Origin: Azolla caroliniana
Lineage: Eukaryota > Plantae > Polypodiophyta
DNA length: 64,000 nucleotides
Assembly: GCA_043228905.1 (NCBI GenBank)
Contig: JBHGNT010000017.1
Location: 13,206,001 to 13,270,000 of the forward strand
Reading direction: 5' to 3'
Shown: piece after piece, positions 49,973-63,900 of the stretch
Layout of the letters: each line of letters starts with the position of its first letter
Numbering within the stretch: position 1 is the stretch's first letter
The notes under the pieces: generated by a model
Told to the model about the DNA's origin: nothing
The model's input: only the letters and a program-made list of their open reading frames with translations
Database searches by the model: none
Made by a program: the position numbers and the translations under genes

Positions 49973-52753
49973 GTACTGTCGCTCGAAGGGAATCCGGCTC
50001 GAGTTTACTGTGCCGAAGACGCCGGAACTGAACGGGCTGGCCGAGAGGATGAACCGGACCATAATGGAGAGGGTCCGGAGTATGCTGGCGCATGCGAAAT
50101 TACCCAAGGGGTTTTGGGCTGAGGCAATGTTGACGGCGACATACGTGATAAACAGATCACCCTCAGTACCTTTGGACGGAGACACGCCGCAGAGAGTGTG
50201 GACCGGTAGGGAAGTATCCTACCGGCATCTGAAGGTGTTCGGGTGTCTCGCATATGTGCATGTAGCAAAGGACCGGAGAGGAAAGCTAGATCCAAAGACC
50301 CGGCCATGCATATTCCTCGGTTACGGCGATGACGAGTTCGGCTACCGAGTATGGGACCCGGTCGACAAAAAGATATTCCGGAGTCGCGATATCATCTTCA
50401 TGGAGGACAAGACACTCGCCGACTGGGAGTCGGAGAAGAAGATGAAGAGCTCTAAGTCGACCGGTGAGGATCAACTCTACGAGGAGCAGTCCCGACCGGC
50501 AAGGGACCGGTTAGCACTCGAGGATCCGGCCGAAGACGGTGAAGAAACAGAACCGGCCGAGGAAGATGAAACTGATACCGGAACCGGCCCCGATCCCGAA
50601 ATGGATTCGGATGAAGAGGAAACGGAGGAGCCGGTTACCGAAGCTCCGGAACGGAGATATCCTCTAAGAGAGAGAAGGCCCCCCCGGAGATTTCCGGAAC
50701 CAGAGCACGTGCTGCTAACCGACGAGGGGGAGCCGGAGAGTTTTGAAGAAGCAAAGCTTGACACCCATAGCCGCAGGTGGTTAAGTGCCATGCAGGAGGA
50801 GATGGATTCCCTGCATGAGAACCATACATATGAACTTGTGGAGTTGCCGAAAGGAAAGCGGGCACTTCGAAACAAGTGGGTGTTCAAGCTGAAACCGGGA
50901 GATGCCGGAAACCCCCCGAGATACAAAGCCAGGATCGTGGTGAAGGGGTTCCAGCAGAAGAAGGGCGTCGACTTCGACGAGATATTTGCCCCGGTAGTGA
51001 AGATGACCTCCATCCGGACGGTGCTGAGCATAGCGGCAAGCATGGACCTCGAGGTAGAACAGATGGACGTGAAGACGGCATTCCTTCACGGTGACCTCGA
51101 AGAAGAGATCTACATGCAGAAACCGGAAGGATTCGAGAAGAAAGGGAAGGAGCACCTGGTATGCCGGTTGAAGAAGAGCCTTTACGGACTGAAGCAGGCT
51201 CCCCGGCAATGGTACCGGAAGTTCGACTCTTTCATGACCGACGAAGGGTACCACAAAACGCAGTCCGATCACTGCGTGTTTGTGAAGAAGTTCGAAGGAT
51301 GAGACTTTCTAATACTCCTCCTGTACGTGGACGACATGTTGATCGTCGGACGGGACCAGGGCAAGATACGGATGCTGAAGAAAGCGCTCCACCGAACCTT
51401 CTCAATGAAGGACCTGGGTCCGGCGAGGCAAATACTAGGGATGCACATCATCCGGGACCGGAAGAAGAAGCAGTTGTGGCTGTCACAGGAGAAGTACGTG
51501 ACAAAGGTGCTTCACCGGTTCAACATGTCGGAAGCAAGACCGGTCGGGTCAACCCTCCCGCCAAACTGCAAGTTGTCCAGCAAGCAAAGCCCCAAGACAA
51601 AGGCTGAGAAGGAGGACATGAGGAAAGTACCATATGCCTCTGCCGTCGGAAGCTTGATGTACGCAATGGTGTGTACAAGACCGGACATAGGATATGCAGT
51701 CGGAGTGGTGAGCCGGTACATGAGCAATCCCGGCAAAGAGCACTGGAACGCGGCCAAGTGGATACTCCGATACCTGAAGGGCACGGCAAACGTGTGCCTC
51801 CGATTCGGCTCCGGTAAGCCCGAACTCGACGGCTTTACCGATTCGGATATGTCGGCTGATGCAGATACCAGCCGGTCCACATCAGGGTATGTGATGACGT
51901 ATGCAGGGGGAGTTGTTTCGTGGCAGTCGAGGCTGCAGAAGACGGTTGCGTTGTCAACCACGGAGGCGGAGTACATGGCGGCTGTTGAAGCCGGCAAGGA
52001 AATAATATGGATGAAGGATTTCATTAGAGAGCTCGGTATCCGGCAGGAGGAGTACCGGCTCTACTGCGATAGTCAGAGTGCCATCCACCTTGCGAAGAAC
52101 GCGGCCTACCATTCCCGGACGAAACACATCAAGCGTAGATACCACTGGATCCGGGAAAGGATAGAAGACAAGGAGTTCGTGCTGACGAAGATCCACACGG
52201 ACGAGAACGGGTCGGATATGCTGACCAAGGTGCTCACACTCGACAAGCTGGAAGCATGCCGGAAGAGGATCGGATTGGAGAGACATCCCATGCCGAAGTG
52301 AAGGGGGAGTTTGTTGGGATTTCGGTCCCTCCGGATGGGATGTCCAGAGATGAATGACGGCAATCCTGGTTACGGTTACGGTTACGGTTACGGAACCAGA
52401 GGATGAAGAGTACCCGGCATGAAGCCGGATGAAGAAGACCCGGTTTCGGATCCGGATGATGAAGACCCCGGCTACGGAGCCGGATGATGAAGACCCCGGC
52501 TACGGAGCCGGATGATGAAGACCCCGGCCACGGAGCCGGATGACGAATGTACCCGGAGAGAGATCCGGATGCGGGGACATATTTGTGAATATGTTTGCCA
52601 AGGGCCCTCTAGGCTATATTTGTAAATAGCCCGAAAGTCATATGTGTATAAATATGACTTAGGGCAAACTATTTACTGCTGTTGTTGTGTGTTGCTGTAT
52701 GTTGTTGCCTATTGTGTATTGCCACTCTTATGTGTGCAAGAGGAAGAGAGCAG

Positions 52754-52784
<31 letters not shown>

Positions 52785-53058
52785 GAAGAGGTCGTTGCCT
52801 CTGTGTATTACCGCCGCCTGTGGCGAAGACAGTGAGCTCAAGGTTGTTGCCTTGTAGCTTCACCATTGTACATCTCTGTTTATAGTGATAGTTGGAGTCT
52901 GAGGACTCCCGTGGTTTTTCCCATTTAGGGTTTTCCACGTAAAACATCCTGTGTACTCTTCTCTCTATTGTCTTCGTGCATTGTGTATTTCCTGTTTTCT
53001 GGGAGTTGATCCTATTCCTTGGTTGTGGCCGAGCACTGTGTTTAGCACCCTCCCATCA
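49973..53058 (+). mobile_element. family A element, 3' part (IN-RT-RNase H, PPT, 3' LTR)
   Basis: Starts mid-integrase (YCRSKG); one stop at 51300; pol ends 52301; LTR 52312 to about 53058. Confidence 0.93.
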
Positions 53059-54658
53059 ATGAAATAGGCCTCCATTGATGAAATGACTCCGGAGATGGTA
53101 CCTTTGGTATCAATTTGATTAAGCCCACCTTCCAGCTCTCAAGCATGAAACTAGAATCCCAACATTGCTGAAACATTTTTGTGAATGGACTCTTAAGCAT
53201 GCTAGCATACTTCTTAAAAACTTCATTTGTAACACCATCCTAGCCAGGGCTTTTGCCATTTGGAAGGTGTAACAATACCTTTTCCACCTCAGCTTCTTCA
53301 AAATCAGCATCCAATTCTTGACAAATATTTGGATTCACGACACTCCCAATTACATTATAAAACTCTTGTCGTGCTTTCAAGACATCCTCATTAATAATAA
53401 ACTCTGGCCCAATCAAATTCTTAAAATGAGTAATACATAACTCAATAACCTTGACTGGGTCTACAACAATGTCATCCCCTATCTTAATTTGTACCACATT
53501 TGAATGAGCATATGGTGGTCTTAATCCTTGAAAAACAAATGAGATTGTGATTGATTATCTATAAATCCCTCCTTTAATTGACGTAGTCTTGTCAGTTGAT
53601 AACTTTGACAAGACAAATTCTTCACAATGTCTTGTACTTGAACTTGAACATCCAAAAGCTCTTCATCATGTGGATTATTCATCAATAGTACATTGCACCG
53701 CATAAGAATATATGAAAACTTATCAATCAATTTCTTACGTCTTTTAGCATTAGTTATATACATACGATGAATATCATTGATGTTTTGTAGTGTTGTATAC
53801 CATGCATGTAATCCTTTTGAAATAACTTGTTTTGAAAACATGCCAAAAATTTGTTGCATATAGGCATCAAACAAAGAATGTAATAATAAAGAAGAATTAA
53901 ACCTCAAAGGAACTCGTTGAAGCAAAGTTTTGTACATATCTACCCCATGTTTATTAAACTCAAAACATATGGGAAAATGATCCGATGTCACAACCTCTTG
54001 CATAATTGACATATTAAGCATCTCTGGCAAAAAGAACTCATCATGCATAACATACATTCTATCTAACCTACTCCATGTTTCCTTGTATTGCATAGACTGA
54101 AATGTAAACCCAACCTCATCTTGATGCAACCATTTCCATACATCCAACTTCAAAACCTCTGATGCCAATTTGTCCCAAACTACTTGCTCAGGAGAATCCA
54201 TCAATGAGAATCGTGAAGTAGATTGTAAAGCATCAACACACATATTAAAATCACCCATTAACAAACCAACACGTCCCACTAATAACCATGGATACATTGA
54301 AGACCATAACTCAATGTGTTGATTAGCATTATTGGGTGCATAGATTCCTACCAACCATATCAAATCCTCAAAATACTTGACTTCCATCATCATAAAAACG
54401 TTCATATGGATCATTACAGACTATATGTGGACAAAACGAATTACGAATAATCATGACAACCCTTGAGTAATGATGTGATAATTGTCCTGCATAATATGCG
54501 GAATATCCACGCAAATGTAACATAGATCCTGCTAAATCATGACACTTATGTTCAACTGCACATAAAACATCCTAATCTTTATCAAATAAAGTTTTCCATA
54601 ATATATATTTCTTATGAGGAGAAGATGCCCCTCTCACATTCCATGATACCACTTTCAT
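53059..54658 (-). mobile_element. L1 LINE ORF2 remnant (AP endonuclease and start of RT)
   Basis: MKVVSWNVRG at 54658, GIYAPN, LMGDFN, SRLDRMY, SDHFPI, KSPG, WRPIS; stops and frameshifts. Confidence 0.92.
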
Positions 54659-54711
54659 TTAACACCTTTGGTAAGAACTTGCTCTTTATGAGCAAGTGTA
54701 TTCATGAATGT

Positions 54712-56332
54712 TGTTGAGAATCAAGCTCAACCTAGTCTAGTGTGTGAACACACCCTTGAGAGTGTGCACTCAAAGGTCAAAAGTCAACACTCTTATCTAC
54801 ACATTAACTATGTGTCATAGAATCATATTCTATGACACATAACTAACGAGTTTTCACATTCCCCATGACCCATGAGCTTTGGTAGTTAATGAAGAGAGAG
54901 AGTGACTATATAAAGCACTCTCCTCCTACTTTGTAATTAAGTCGATTAATCTCCTTTGTAATATACATCTTCTTGAGTATTCTATTGTCTCTCTAATCTA
55001 TCTTGTGTTTCTCTCTCTCTCTCTCTCTCATACACACTCACAACACATATCTCTAGTCTATTCCGCTGCACAAGAATCACCATCAATTCTTTACATGGTA
55101 TCAGAGCGGTTTGGTAGCTTGATCTCACCCATCCGCATGTGTTGAGCTCTACGCCGACGTTCAAGAAGAACCGGCTCATCGCTATCGTAGCGTGACTACA
55201 TAGCTCGTATTCAAGAGAGAAGAAGAAAAGAAGAAATCTACATCGAACACCATGAATACTCAAATGGGGAGCGCTCTCCCTAGCGAGAAGTTGGACCGAA
55301 ACAACTTCGCATCTTGGGAGTACAAGATGCATCAATACCTTGTCGGTCAAGGCTATTGGAGCTACATCAAAGGAGCACAAGAAAACCGGCCCGACCCGGA
55401 AGACGCCGACTATGCAACATGGGAGCAAGTGGCGAGTCGAGTAATGTATTGCATGGCGACATGTGTTCACGACCACATGCTCGGTTATATTCGAGAAGCC
55501 GAGACGCCGAAGGAAGCGTGGGAAAATCTACGAAAGATTTTCGCCACCAACACAACTGCGAGGAAGCTTCAACTCCACCAAGAGTTGAACAACATCCAAC
55601 AAAGGGATATGTCCATCACAAGCTACACCTTGAAGATCAAGGAGCTTTGTGATGCACTCGGCTCAATAAACACCAATGTGGAGGATGACGAAATGGTGCA
55701 AATATGCCTCGGCGGCCTTGCACCATGGTTCAACGCGATGAGAACTGCCGTCCTAGCAAGGGAGAATCCTCCCTCTTTCTTCGATCTTCAATCCATGCTG
55801 TTGGTTGAAGAAAACCATGTTCGAACAAGGAGCAACACCTCGAAAGGCCACATGATCTACACACATTCAAATGGAGGAAGAGGACGTGGCCGAGCAAGAG
55901 GCTGATTCGGCCAAGGATGAGGCGGACAAGGTCCGACTTACGGCAACAAAATGGAAGCCACCGAGGAACCTTCGGAAGAAGGGAAAGCTTCCATTCCAGT
56001 CCAAGCCAACAAACCTCGATCGAATGCGGTTATTGCAAAAAAATCGGCCACCATGAAGAAGAGTGCCGAAAGAAGAAGCGTGAGTCGGCTTCCACAAGCT
56101 GACAACTCACCAATTACGCCACCAACTCCGACTATGAAGATCATGGTGGAATGTTTGTAATGAGACATAGAGCAAATTCTATGTCGGCCTCTACTTCGAC
56201 TAATGCCTCCAATCCGGAAGATGTATGGTTCGTCGACTCCGGTGCTTAGAACCATATGACGTCCCATCAAGAATGGTTCAAAGACCTTTGAGAGCCAGAT
56301 CGACCCGGTTATGTTGAGACCGGACCCGGTTA
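54712..56332 (+). mobile_element. copia family B, 5' part
   Basis: LTR 54712-55095, PBS 55096-55107, gag 55252-55905 continuing through CGYCKKIGHHEEEC and DVWFVDSGA with lesions. Confidence 0.92.
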
Positions 56333-57937
56333 TGTTAAAAGTAATCCTCCCCTTCTTTACACTCTCGTTTAACCCTCACACTTATCCACGTGTATAGAAT
56401 ACTATGGTAAATTCTCCCCACGGGATATTATATGGTCATGCCCGTAACATGAACCATGGGGAGGGCTATGTATGTAAATAGCCATAAAGTTTTATAAGTA
56501 TAAATACAACTAGGGAAAACTTTAGTTGAAGATGATGAGTCTTGGTGTAAGATAGTAAGAACAAGTTGTTGTCTTTGTAACTATGGTAGACAGAGGGAGA
56601 GTGAGATTGTGTGTAACTCTATAGCCGTCTGTTGACGAAAGAGACCTCGAGGTTGCTGCCTACGAGTTTCTCATTGTACTTCTCTTCATTATAGTGATCT
56701 GTTTTGGAGTTTGTGGACTCCACGTGGTTTTTTTCCGAGTTCGGGTTTCCAATTTAAAATCTGTGTTTTTCTCTGTTTCTAGTTTTCTGTTGGTTCTTTC
56801 TGTTTGATTGTTTATTTTCTGCACACAAATATACGAATGATAACTAGTTGTGGACGGTCGAGATTCTCAACAAATTGGTATCAGAGCGATGGAAGATTCG
56901 TACGGCGGCATGTTCAAGTTAACCAACTCCAACTACTCAATGTGGAAGTCGAAGATGTGTGCAAAGACCTCTGGTTGCCGGTGTAGTTCCGAGATAAAAG
57001 GCCTGACAAGATCGATGCATCCATTTGGGAAGTCATGCATTTGATGACAACACCATATATAAGGTGTTTTATAGGCATGAGCCTATACAACAACTTTGGT
57101 GAAGAAACAGAAGCTAATGTCCTTTGGAAGAAGATTGGCGTGATGTTTGAAAACAAGAACGTCGTGAACAAAGTCCCAATTTTCAGAAAAATTGTGAGAC
57201 TTCGGTAGCAGGATGGCTCCAGCATGGCGGAGCACATCAATGCCTTCCAAGGACTGATGAATCAAACCACCTCTCTAGAAGTACCTAGTTGAGGTACCAA
57301 CACTGTTGTTGGTAGGATCCCTTTCGGACAATTGGGAAACGTTGGTTGTCACATTGGGCAACGCGGGATTGGAAGGGAAACAATTATCCCTAGATCAGGT
57401 GAAATCGAGCTTGCTAAACGAAGAAGCTTGCCGAAAGGACCGACAGTCCAATACTGACTAGAAGGCTCTCATCACACAAAGTGACATGGATCGAGGAAGG
57501 AGCCGAAATCGAAGTCCCCAGAACTGAGATAAGTCAGGGACGAGGTCGAAGTCGAGGGGAAGGCCCACATGCTTCTATTGCAGGAAGCCGGGGCATTTTC
57601 AAAAGAATTGCCAACATTTCCGAAAAGAAAAAGGGGGAACTGACGGTGGGCAGCCGAAAAGGATTTGGGAATGCAAGAACACCTCGTCTATTGCGACAAG
57701 TGAAGAGGATTTTCTGCTCATTAGTGAGCAAAATGAAGTGAACCTTGTCGGCGATGAATCGACATGGGTGATCGATTCCAGTGCGTCGTTTCACTTGACC
57801 CCTGACCGGAAATGCTTCTCATCCTACAGAGCCGGAGATCTCGGATCTGTAAAGATGGGAAATGAAGGAGCGGGCCAAATTGTCGGCATTGGAGAAGTGT
57901 GTCTGGTGACCTCAACTGGGTGCAGACTAGTGTTGAG
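56333..57937 (+). mobile_element. copia family A2, 5' part, degraded
   Basis: LTR 56333-56872, PBS 56876-56887, ATG 56889; WVIDSSASFHLTPDRKCFSSY. Confidence 0.88.
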
Positions 57938-60900
57938 TGTTGGCCGGCTAAGGGCCAAAGGATAAGTGGGAAAAAGGGCGAGTCGGAGAAATATATATAT
58001 TTAGAAATAAATAGAATTAGTATTCAGAGGGACGGGTCCAATATAGTTGCACCGATCCGGATCTGAACCGATTCATAGCCGGTTGTCGATAGGGCACCGT
58101 TTTGTAATGACACCGGATTCCTATAAAAGGATCCAACCCGATGTTACAATGTTTACGGGAGTAATAGAAGATTACATATATCGAGTAATTAATGCTTACG
58201 TCTTGTATACTTGCCGTCAATGGTTAATATTAAGATCTTACGCGTGTTAATTACGAAAGCATCCTAACCTTACCACCCCTTTGGAGAAGTGTTCCGGAAG
58301 AGGACACCTTGTGTTGTGGCAAGTCCAGCCAAGTATCAACACTAATTTGGCGACCACGATTCTTGCAGTGAGCAGAGAACACCAGGGGATGGACGTCTCG
58401 ACCGACTAACGACCAAGTCACCGACAAGGAAGAAGACTAGCCAAAAGACATCAAAGGCAGGAAGCCTTCCAGCAAGCGGCCAAGGAGATCCGACAGGATC
58501 GGTCTTTTCCCAGAGTGCTTTGGAGGGTCATAGAAGAAGCACTTTGGTTCCAAAAACAACAATTTTCCGATGAGGGCAGTAGCTTGACGAGTCTGCAAGA
58601 GGCAGAATCGAGACTACGGACGTTTGCCGAAGGCAACGGAAACTCGGAGGCATTCTCAGCCTTGGAGTCGGAATCGGATAGTGAACAGAGCATTCAGTCG
58701 AATTACAAAAGCAACCACGATACTTCGGACAATTCAGAGGACGACGAATCGAACGGCTCATTGACACCAAAACCAATGGAGGAATTACCCTTGGTACCCA
58801 GAGAGCGGCAATCTCCAAACAAGACCAAACGCACACCAACACCACTCGCGGCGAAAGTGGAAAACCGCACACCAACACCACCCGCAGAGCAAGAACAAGG
58901 CCACACACCTCCGGTACAACCTTTCGACGACTGCATCATGTCGTACCCGTATCCGAAGTACCATGATGACCTTGATGCGGAGGCGCACGTCTATGCATTC
59001 CTACAAACATGGGAAGTGAATCATGTGTCCCAAAGGTTGACAGAACCGGAAGCAGAACGGTCAAAAATTGCAAAATTCAGCATGACATTAGAGGGATCGG
59101 CGACCCGCTAGCACGCAGAGCACCTACCTGAAAGCTTTGCCACATTTGAGGCCTTGAAAACAAAATTCCTCCAACTATTCCATAGGCAAGTGGAACAACA
59201 CGAACTAGTCGGCCAATTTTACACAACCCACCAAGAGGAGCAGGAGACAGTGCCCCAATTTATCATCCAATTTCAAACACTACACAACTAGTTGACAAGG
59301 GCACCTCCGGAGAAGGAGGTGAAAGCGGTGTTTCTGGCTGCTCTACGGGAACCCCTCCGAACGATGTGCGCGGTACTGGATTTCCAAGCCAGCACGATGG
59401 ATCAAGGCATCGATCGGGTGTTGGAAATGGATAAACATATCTTCCTGATGACGATGGGAGTCCTTCATAGGGCCCTTCCAAATAAGGAGGATCTCAGGTT
59501 TCGCCAGGGGTTGCAATGCACAACGTGCTTGAACCCGGGCCATTCTATGGTAGACTGCACAATGAGGACGCAATGTATGATATGCCACTCACGGGCACAC
59601 ACAACGGGCCGATGTGAGTACAACCTACTCAACCAACAAGCGGCACCGGTGAGGAACATTGAACCACGGGGTAGTCAGGAACCGGATGACGAAGGGTTCC
59701 GGAGGGAGGACCGTTACCGACCAGCACGTGGGGATCGGTACAATGATAGAAGACGCGGCGACTATGAGCGTGATCGCGATGACCGACACAGGGAAGGCTA
59801 CAACTGAGATCGGTATGAATGGGACTACTCCCCGGATTACGACCGGAGAAGGGATGATAGACGTTATCCAGAACGACAAGGAAACCGGAATTTCGAATGC
59901 AACCAAAAACGAGGGTATTTTCGCAAGGAAGAGCACGGGGAAGCAGCCAGAGAGTACAATCAAGGAAGCACAAACATCGCTATGACACCACCAAAGCAAC
60001 GACGAACGGATGACAACCGCCGGATAACCTCTGATGCACAGATCAGGAGCATGGACAAGAGGGAGTCAGGCATATTGCTTATTGCCGAAGGATGGGCATT
60101 ATAGCAACCAATGTCCAGTCAAGGCTAACGAAAAACAACCGGCGGTAAAGATGGTCACCGCTGAAGTTACCGACGTCCAGCAAGTCACTACCTGTTCCAA
60201 AGGAAAAGCGGCCGAGTGGGAAACTCAAGAGTATATCCAGAAGCAAGCCACCGAATGGATCAAGAAAGCCAATGAACGTAATGTGGCTGAGATATAGGAA
60301 CAAAACATACAATCGGAGGAGCCCGTAAAGAGTACCGACAAGGACCCAACTTGGCAGGCATTACAAGAATGCAAGATTGTGTTACCATTGGGGCGCCTAC
60401 TACAATTAGTCCCCCGGTTCACTAAACGGCTCAAAACAACGTTCACCACACCAAATCAGGAGCCGACACCGGCTTTCTTCTCCAATCCGGAGGAAGGACC
60501 GACAATGGTGGACACAAGCATCCCGGCCATCACAGTGATTGTTAAAGGCAAAGAAATCACCGGAACCATTATTGACGGTGCTTTAGAGGTGAACGTCATC
60601 AGCAAGGGGACATGTGACACATTGGGAATCCGAGATTTGGAATTGTGCCCATTCTGGCTAAGAATGACGGATACAAGTTCGGTTCGACCAACTGGACTCA
60701 TCCAGGACTTGGACATCACAATTGGAGGACACGCCCTGTTGCTAGGAAGATCATGGTTGCGGATGGCGCACATAAAACAAAACTGGCAAAAGAACGTAAT
60801 CACCTTTCGACGAGGAAAGACCAAAGTGCGCGTACCGACACAACCACAAGTAGGAACCAATAAGGAAGTAACCCCCCTATATACGGAGAGCATCAACATG

Positions 60901-63900
60901 CTAGACAGGTTAGCTGATGAAGAAGTCGACCGTTACTTGGAAGAGCACCCGAAGATTGTGCCATTATTTGAGGTAGACATAACTGAAGCCGTCATACCAT
61001 ATGTGATGAACCCAGGAAAGGAATCGGACGAGCCGGATCAAGAAGCGATGTGGGAGTTACAAGCACAAGAATCATTGGAAAGGGAAATGACTATATCCCA
61101 AAGAGTAAAAGCATCCCAGCTCGAGTAAGTGGACCTTGGTACTGACGACACACCTGGACCGGTGAACGTAGCCAAAGAAATGCCACGGGACAAAAAGAAG
61201 GCGATGGTCGAATTACTCACAAGTTTCCGAGACGTGCTCGCCTGGTTCTACGAGGATATGCGAGGATTGGATCCCCAACTTTATTAGCATTAGATCCACC
61301 TCAGCACGGACTCCAAACCGGTGGCACAACGCCATTACCGAATGAATCCCAATTATGCGGCGAAAGTCAAGGAAATCAATAAGCTGTTGAGAGTCAGGTT
61401 CATACGGCCAGTAAAGCAAGCAACGTGGTTGAGCCCGATTGTGGTAGTACCTAAGAAAAATGGTAAGATTCGGGTATGTGTGAACTACCGGAAGCTAAAT
61501 ATGGCCATTGTAATGGATATGTTCCCACTACTGTTCACGGACGGCGTGCTGGATGCGGTAATTGGGCATGACATGACGTCTATAGTTTTTTAGACGGATT
61601 TAGTGGCTACAACCAGATTCGAATGCACCTGGCAGATCAAGAGAAAACGACTTTTGTCACCGAATGGGGGGTGTTTGTGGCAGTGGTAATGATGTTCGGG
61701 CTAAAAACGGCACCAACAACTTTTCAACGAATCATCATGGAAATATTCGGGGAGTATATCCCATCATTCATGCAGGTCTTTTTAGATGATTTTGTGGTGT
61801 ACAGTTGACAAGATGAACACTTGGATCACCTCCGGTTATGCTTGGAGAAATGTCGGGAATACCAACTAAGCCTGAATCCGGAAAAGTGCGTGTTCGGAGT
61901 AACAAGTGGCAACCTGTTGGGCCACATTGTAAGTAAGGAGGGAATTGCGGTGGACCCCGACAAGGTGAGGGAAATCCTGGAATCACCCGCACCAAATAAC
62001 GCAAAAGCCCTGAACCGGTTTTTAGGACAAATCCGGTGGCATAGCCGAATGTTACTGCACTTGGCTGACTTTGCGACACCACTACATGCAGCATTGCACC
62101 GATTGCCCTTTCAATGGGTGGAGCCCGAGGAAAAGGCCTATCAAGCATTAAAGGTAATGATGTCACAAGCCCCGGTGGTGCAACCTCCCGACTGGACGAA
62201 GAGTTTCCATGTGTTTGTCGACACATCAGACATAGCAATCGGTAGTGTCCTTATGCAACTTACCAAACCGAAGTGGTATCGGCCGGTGTACTATGCAAGC
62301 TGGAAGCTCTCGAAGGCCAAACGCAACTACTCCACAACGGAAAGGGAGGCTCTCAGAATGGTGTATAACGTAACCAAGTACCGACACTACTTGCTAGGGT
62401 GGAAGTTTTCATTTCACATGGACCACCCAAGATTGATTTACTTGGTGTCTAAGGCGTCGCTAACCGGGAAAATAGCAAGATGGACAGTATTGTTGCAGGA
62501 ATTTGAGTTCGACATCTACCACCAACCTAGGGCACAACACAAAGTAGCCGATTACTTGAGTCGGCTGGAATTCGGCAAAGCAGGAGACGGAGTACAAGAC
62601 GAGTTCCCCGATGCCGAGTTATTCAGGGTAACATCAGAACCGGCAACCGACTCAACAATTGTCGAGGACAACAAGTGGCTTACAGACATGCATCAGTTCC
62701 TGAGCATCGGATTACCTCCCGACAAAATGGATCGGGATGAACGGAAGAGATTAGCGGTCCGAGGTCGCCACTTTTGCCTCATCCAGGAGACCCTATATCA
62801 CAAAGGGGTAGATGGAATCTAGCGGCGGGCGGTGCGAAGCGACGAAAAAGAAACGATTTTAAGAGAAGCCCACTGCAGAATAGTCGGAGGCCACTATGCT
62901 GGCGACGCGACAGCCCGCAAGATATGGTAAAGCGGGTTATGGTGGTTGACAACCTTAAAAGACGCCATCAGGTACAGAAAGGAATGCAACCTTTGTCAAC
63001 GATTAGGCCAACCAACGGAGCAGGCCCGTATGCCCCATCACCCGATATTACCATTAGAACCATTCCAGAAATGGGGACTGGACTTTGTCGGACCAGTAAC
63101 AAATACATTATCGTGGCCACAAACTACTTCACGAAATGGGTGGAAGCAAAGGCACTCAGGGATAATATGGCGGCATCCACAACAAAGTTTCTATACGAGC
63201 TTATATGGTGCCGGTATGGCTGTCTGATTGAACTAATAAGCGATCAAGGGCCAAGTTGTGGAGAGCCTCACGACGTATTATGCGGTAGTCCACAAACGTA
63301 GTACCCCGTACTACCCACAGGCAAACGGACTGGCCGAATCCACTAATAAGACACTACATAATATACTCCGGAAAATCGTCAACGAAAACCGAACGGATTG
63401 GGACACAAAGTTGCAGAGTGCGTTATGGGCATACCGGACAACCTACAAGACAAGCATACGCACAACCCCGTTCCGGTTACCATTCGGATTGGAAGTTGTC
63501 ATGCCAATCGAGTTTCAGATTCCGAGTTTACGAATCCAAGTCAAAGAGCGCTTGAGTGAAAAGGAGTTGGAGAAGATCTGGTTGGCAACATTGTGCAAAC
63601 TAGAGGAGCATTGGATAACTAGCTTACTACAACTAGAGCTAGAGCAACAACGACGGAAAGCCTTTGTGGACAGGCATCAACGCGGCAACGAGAAGGAATT
63701 CAGCATCGGAAAACTTGTCTTGGTTTTCCAGACCCGGATGGGCAGCAAGCCGAGGAAGTTACGGTTTCGATGGACCGGCCCATTCTAGGTCACAAGGGAT
63801 TCTAATGGGTCCTACCAAGTAGGGACATTAGCTGGAGAACTTCTAAGAAAATGGGTCAATGGATTCTAACTGAAGCCGTACAAAGGATAGATGCTGGAAA

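Noticed and set aside
54641-54652. PBS-like TGGTATCATGG on the minus strand
   Set aside because: It is the coding sequence of the LINE endonuclease start (VVSW), with no adjacent LTR end.
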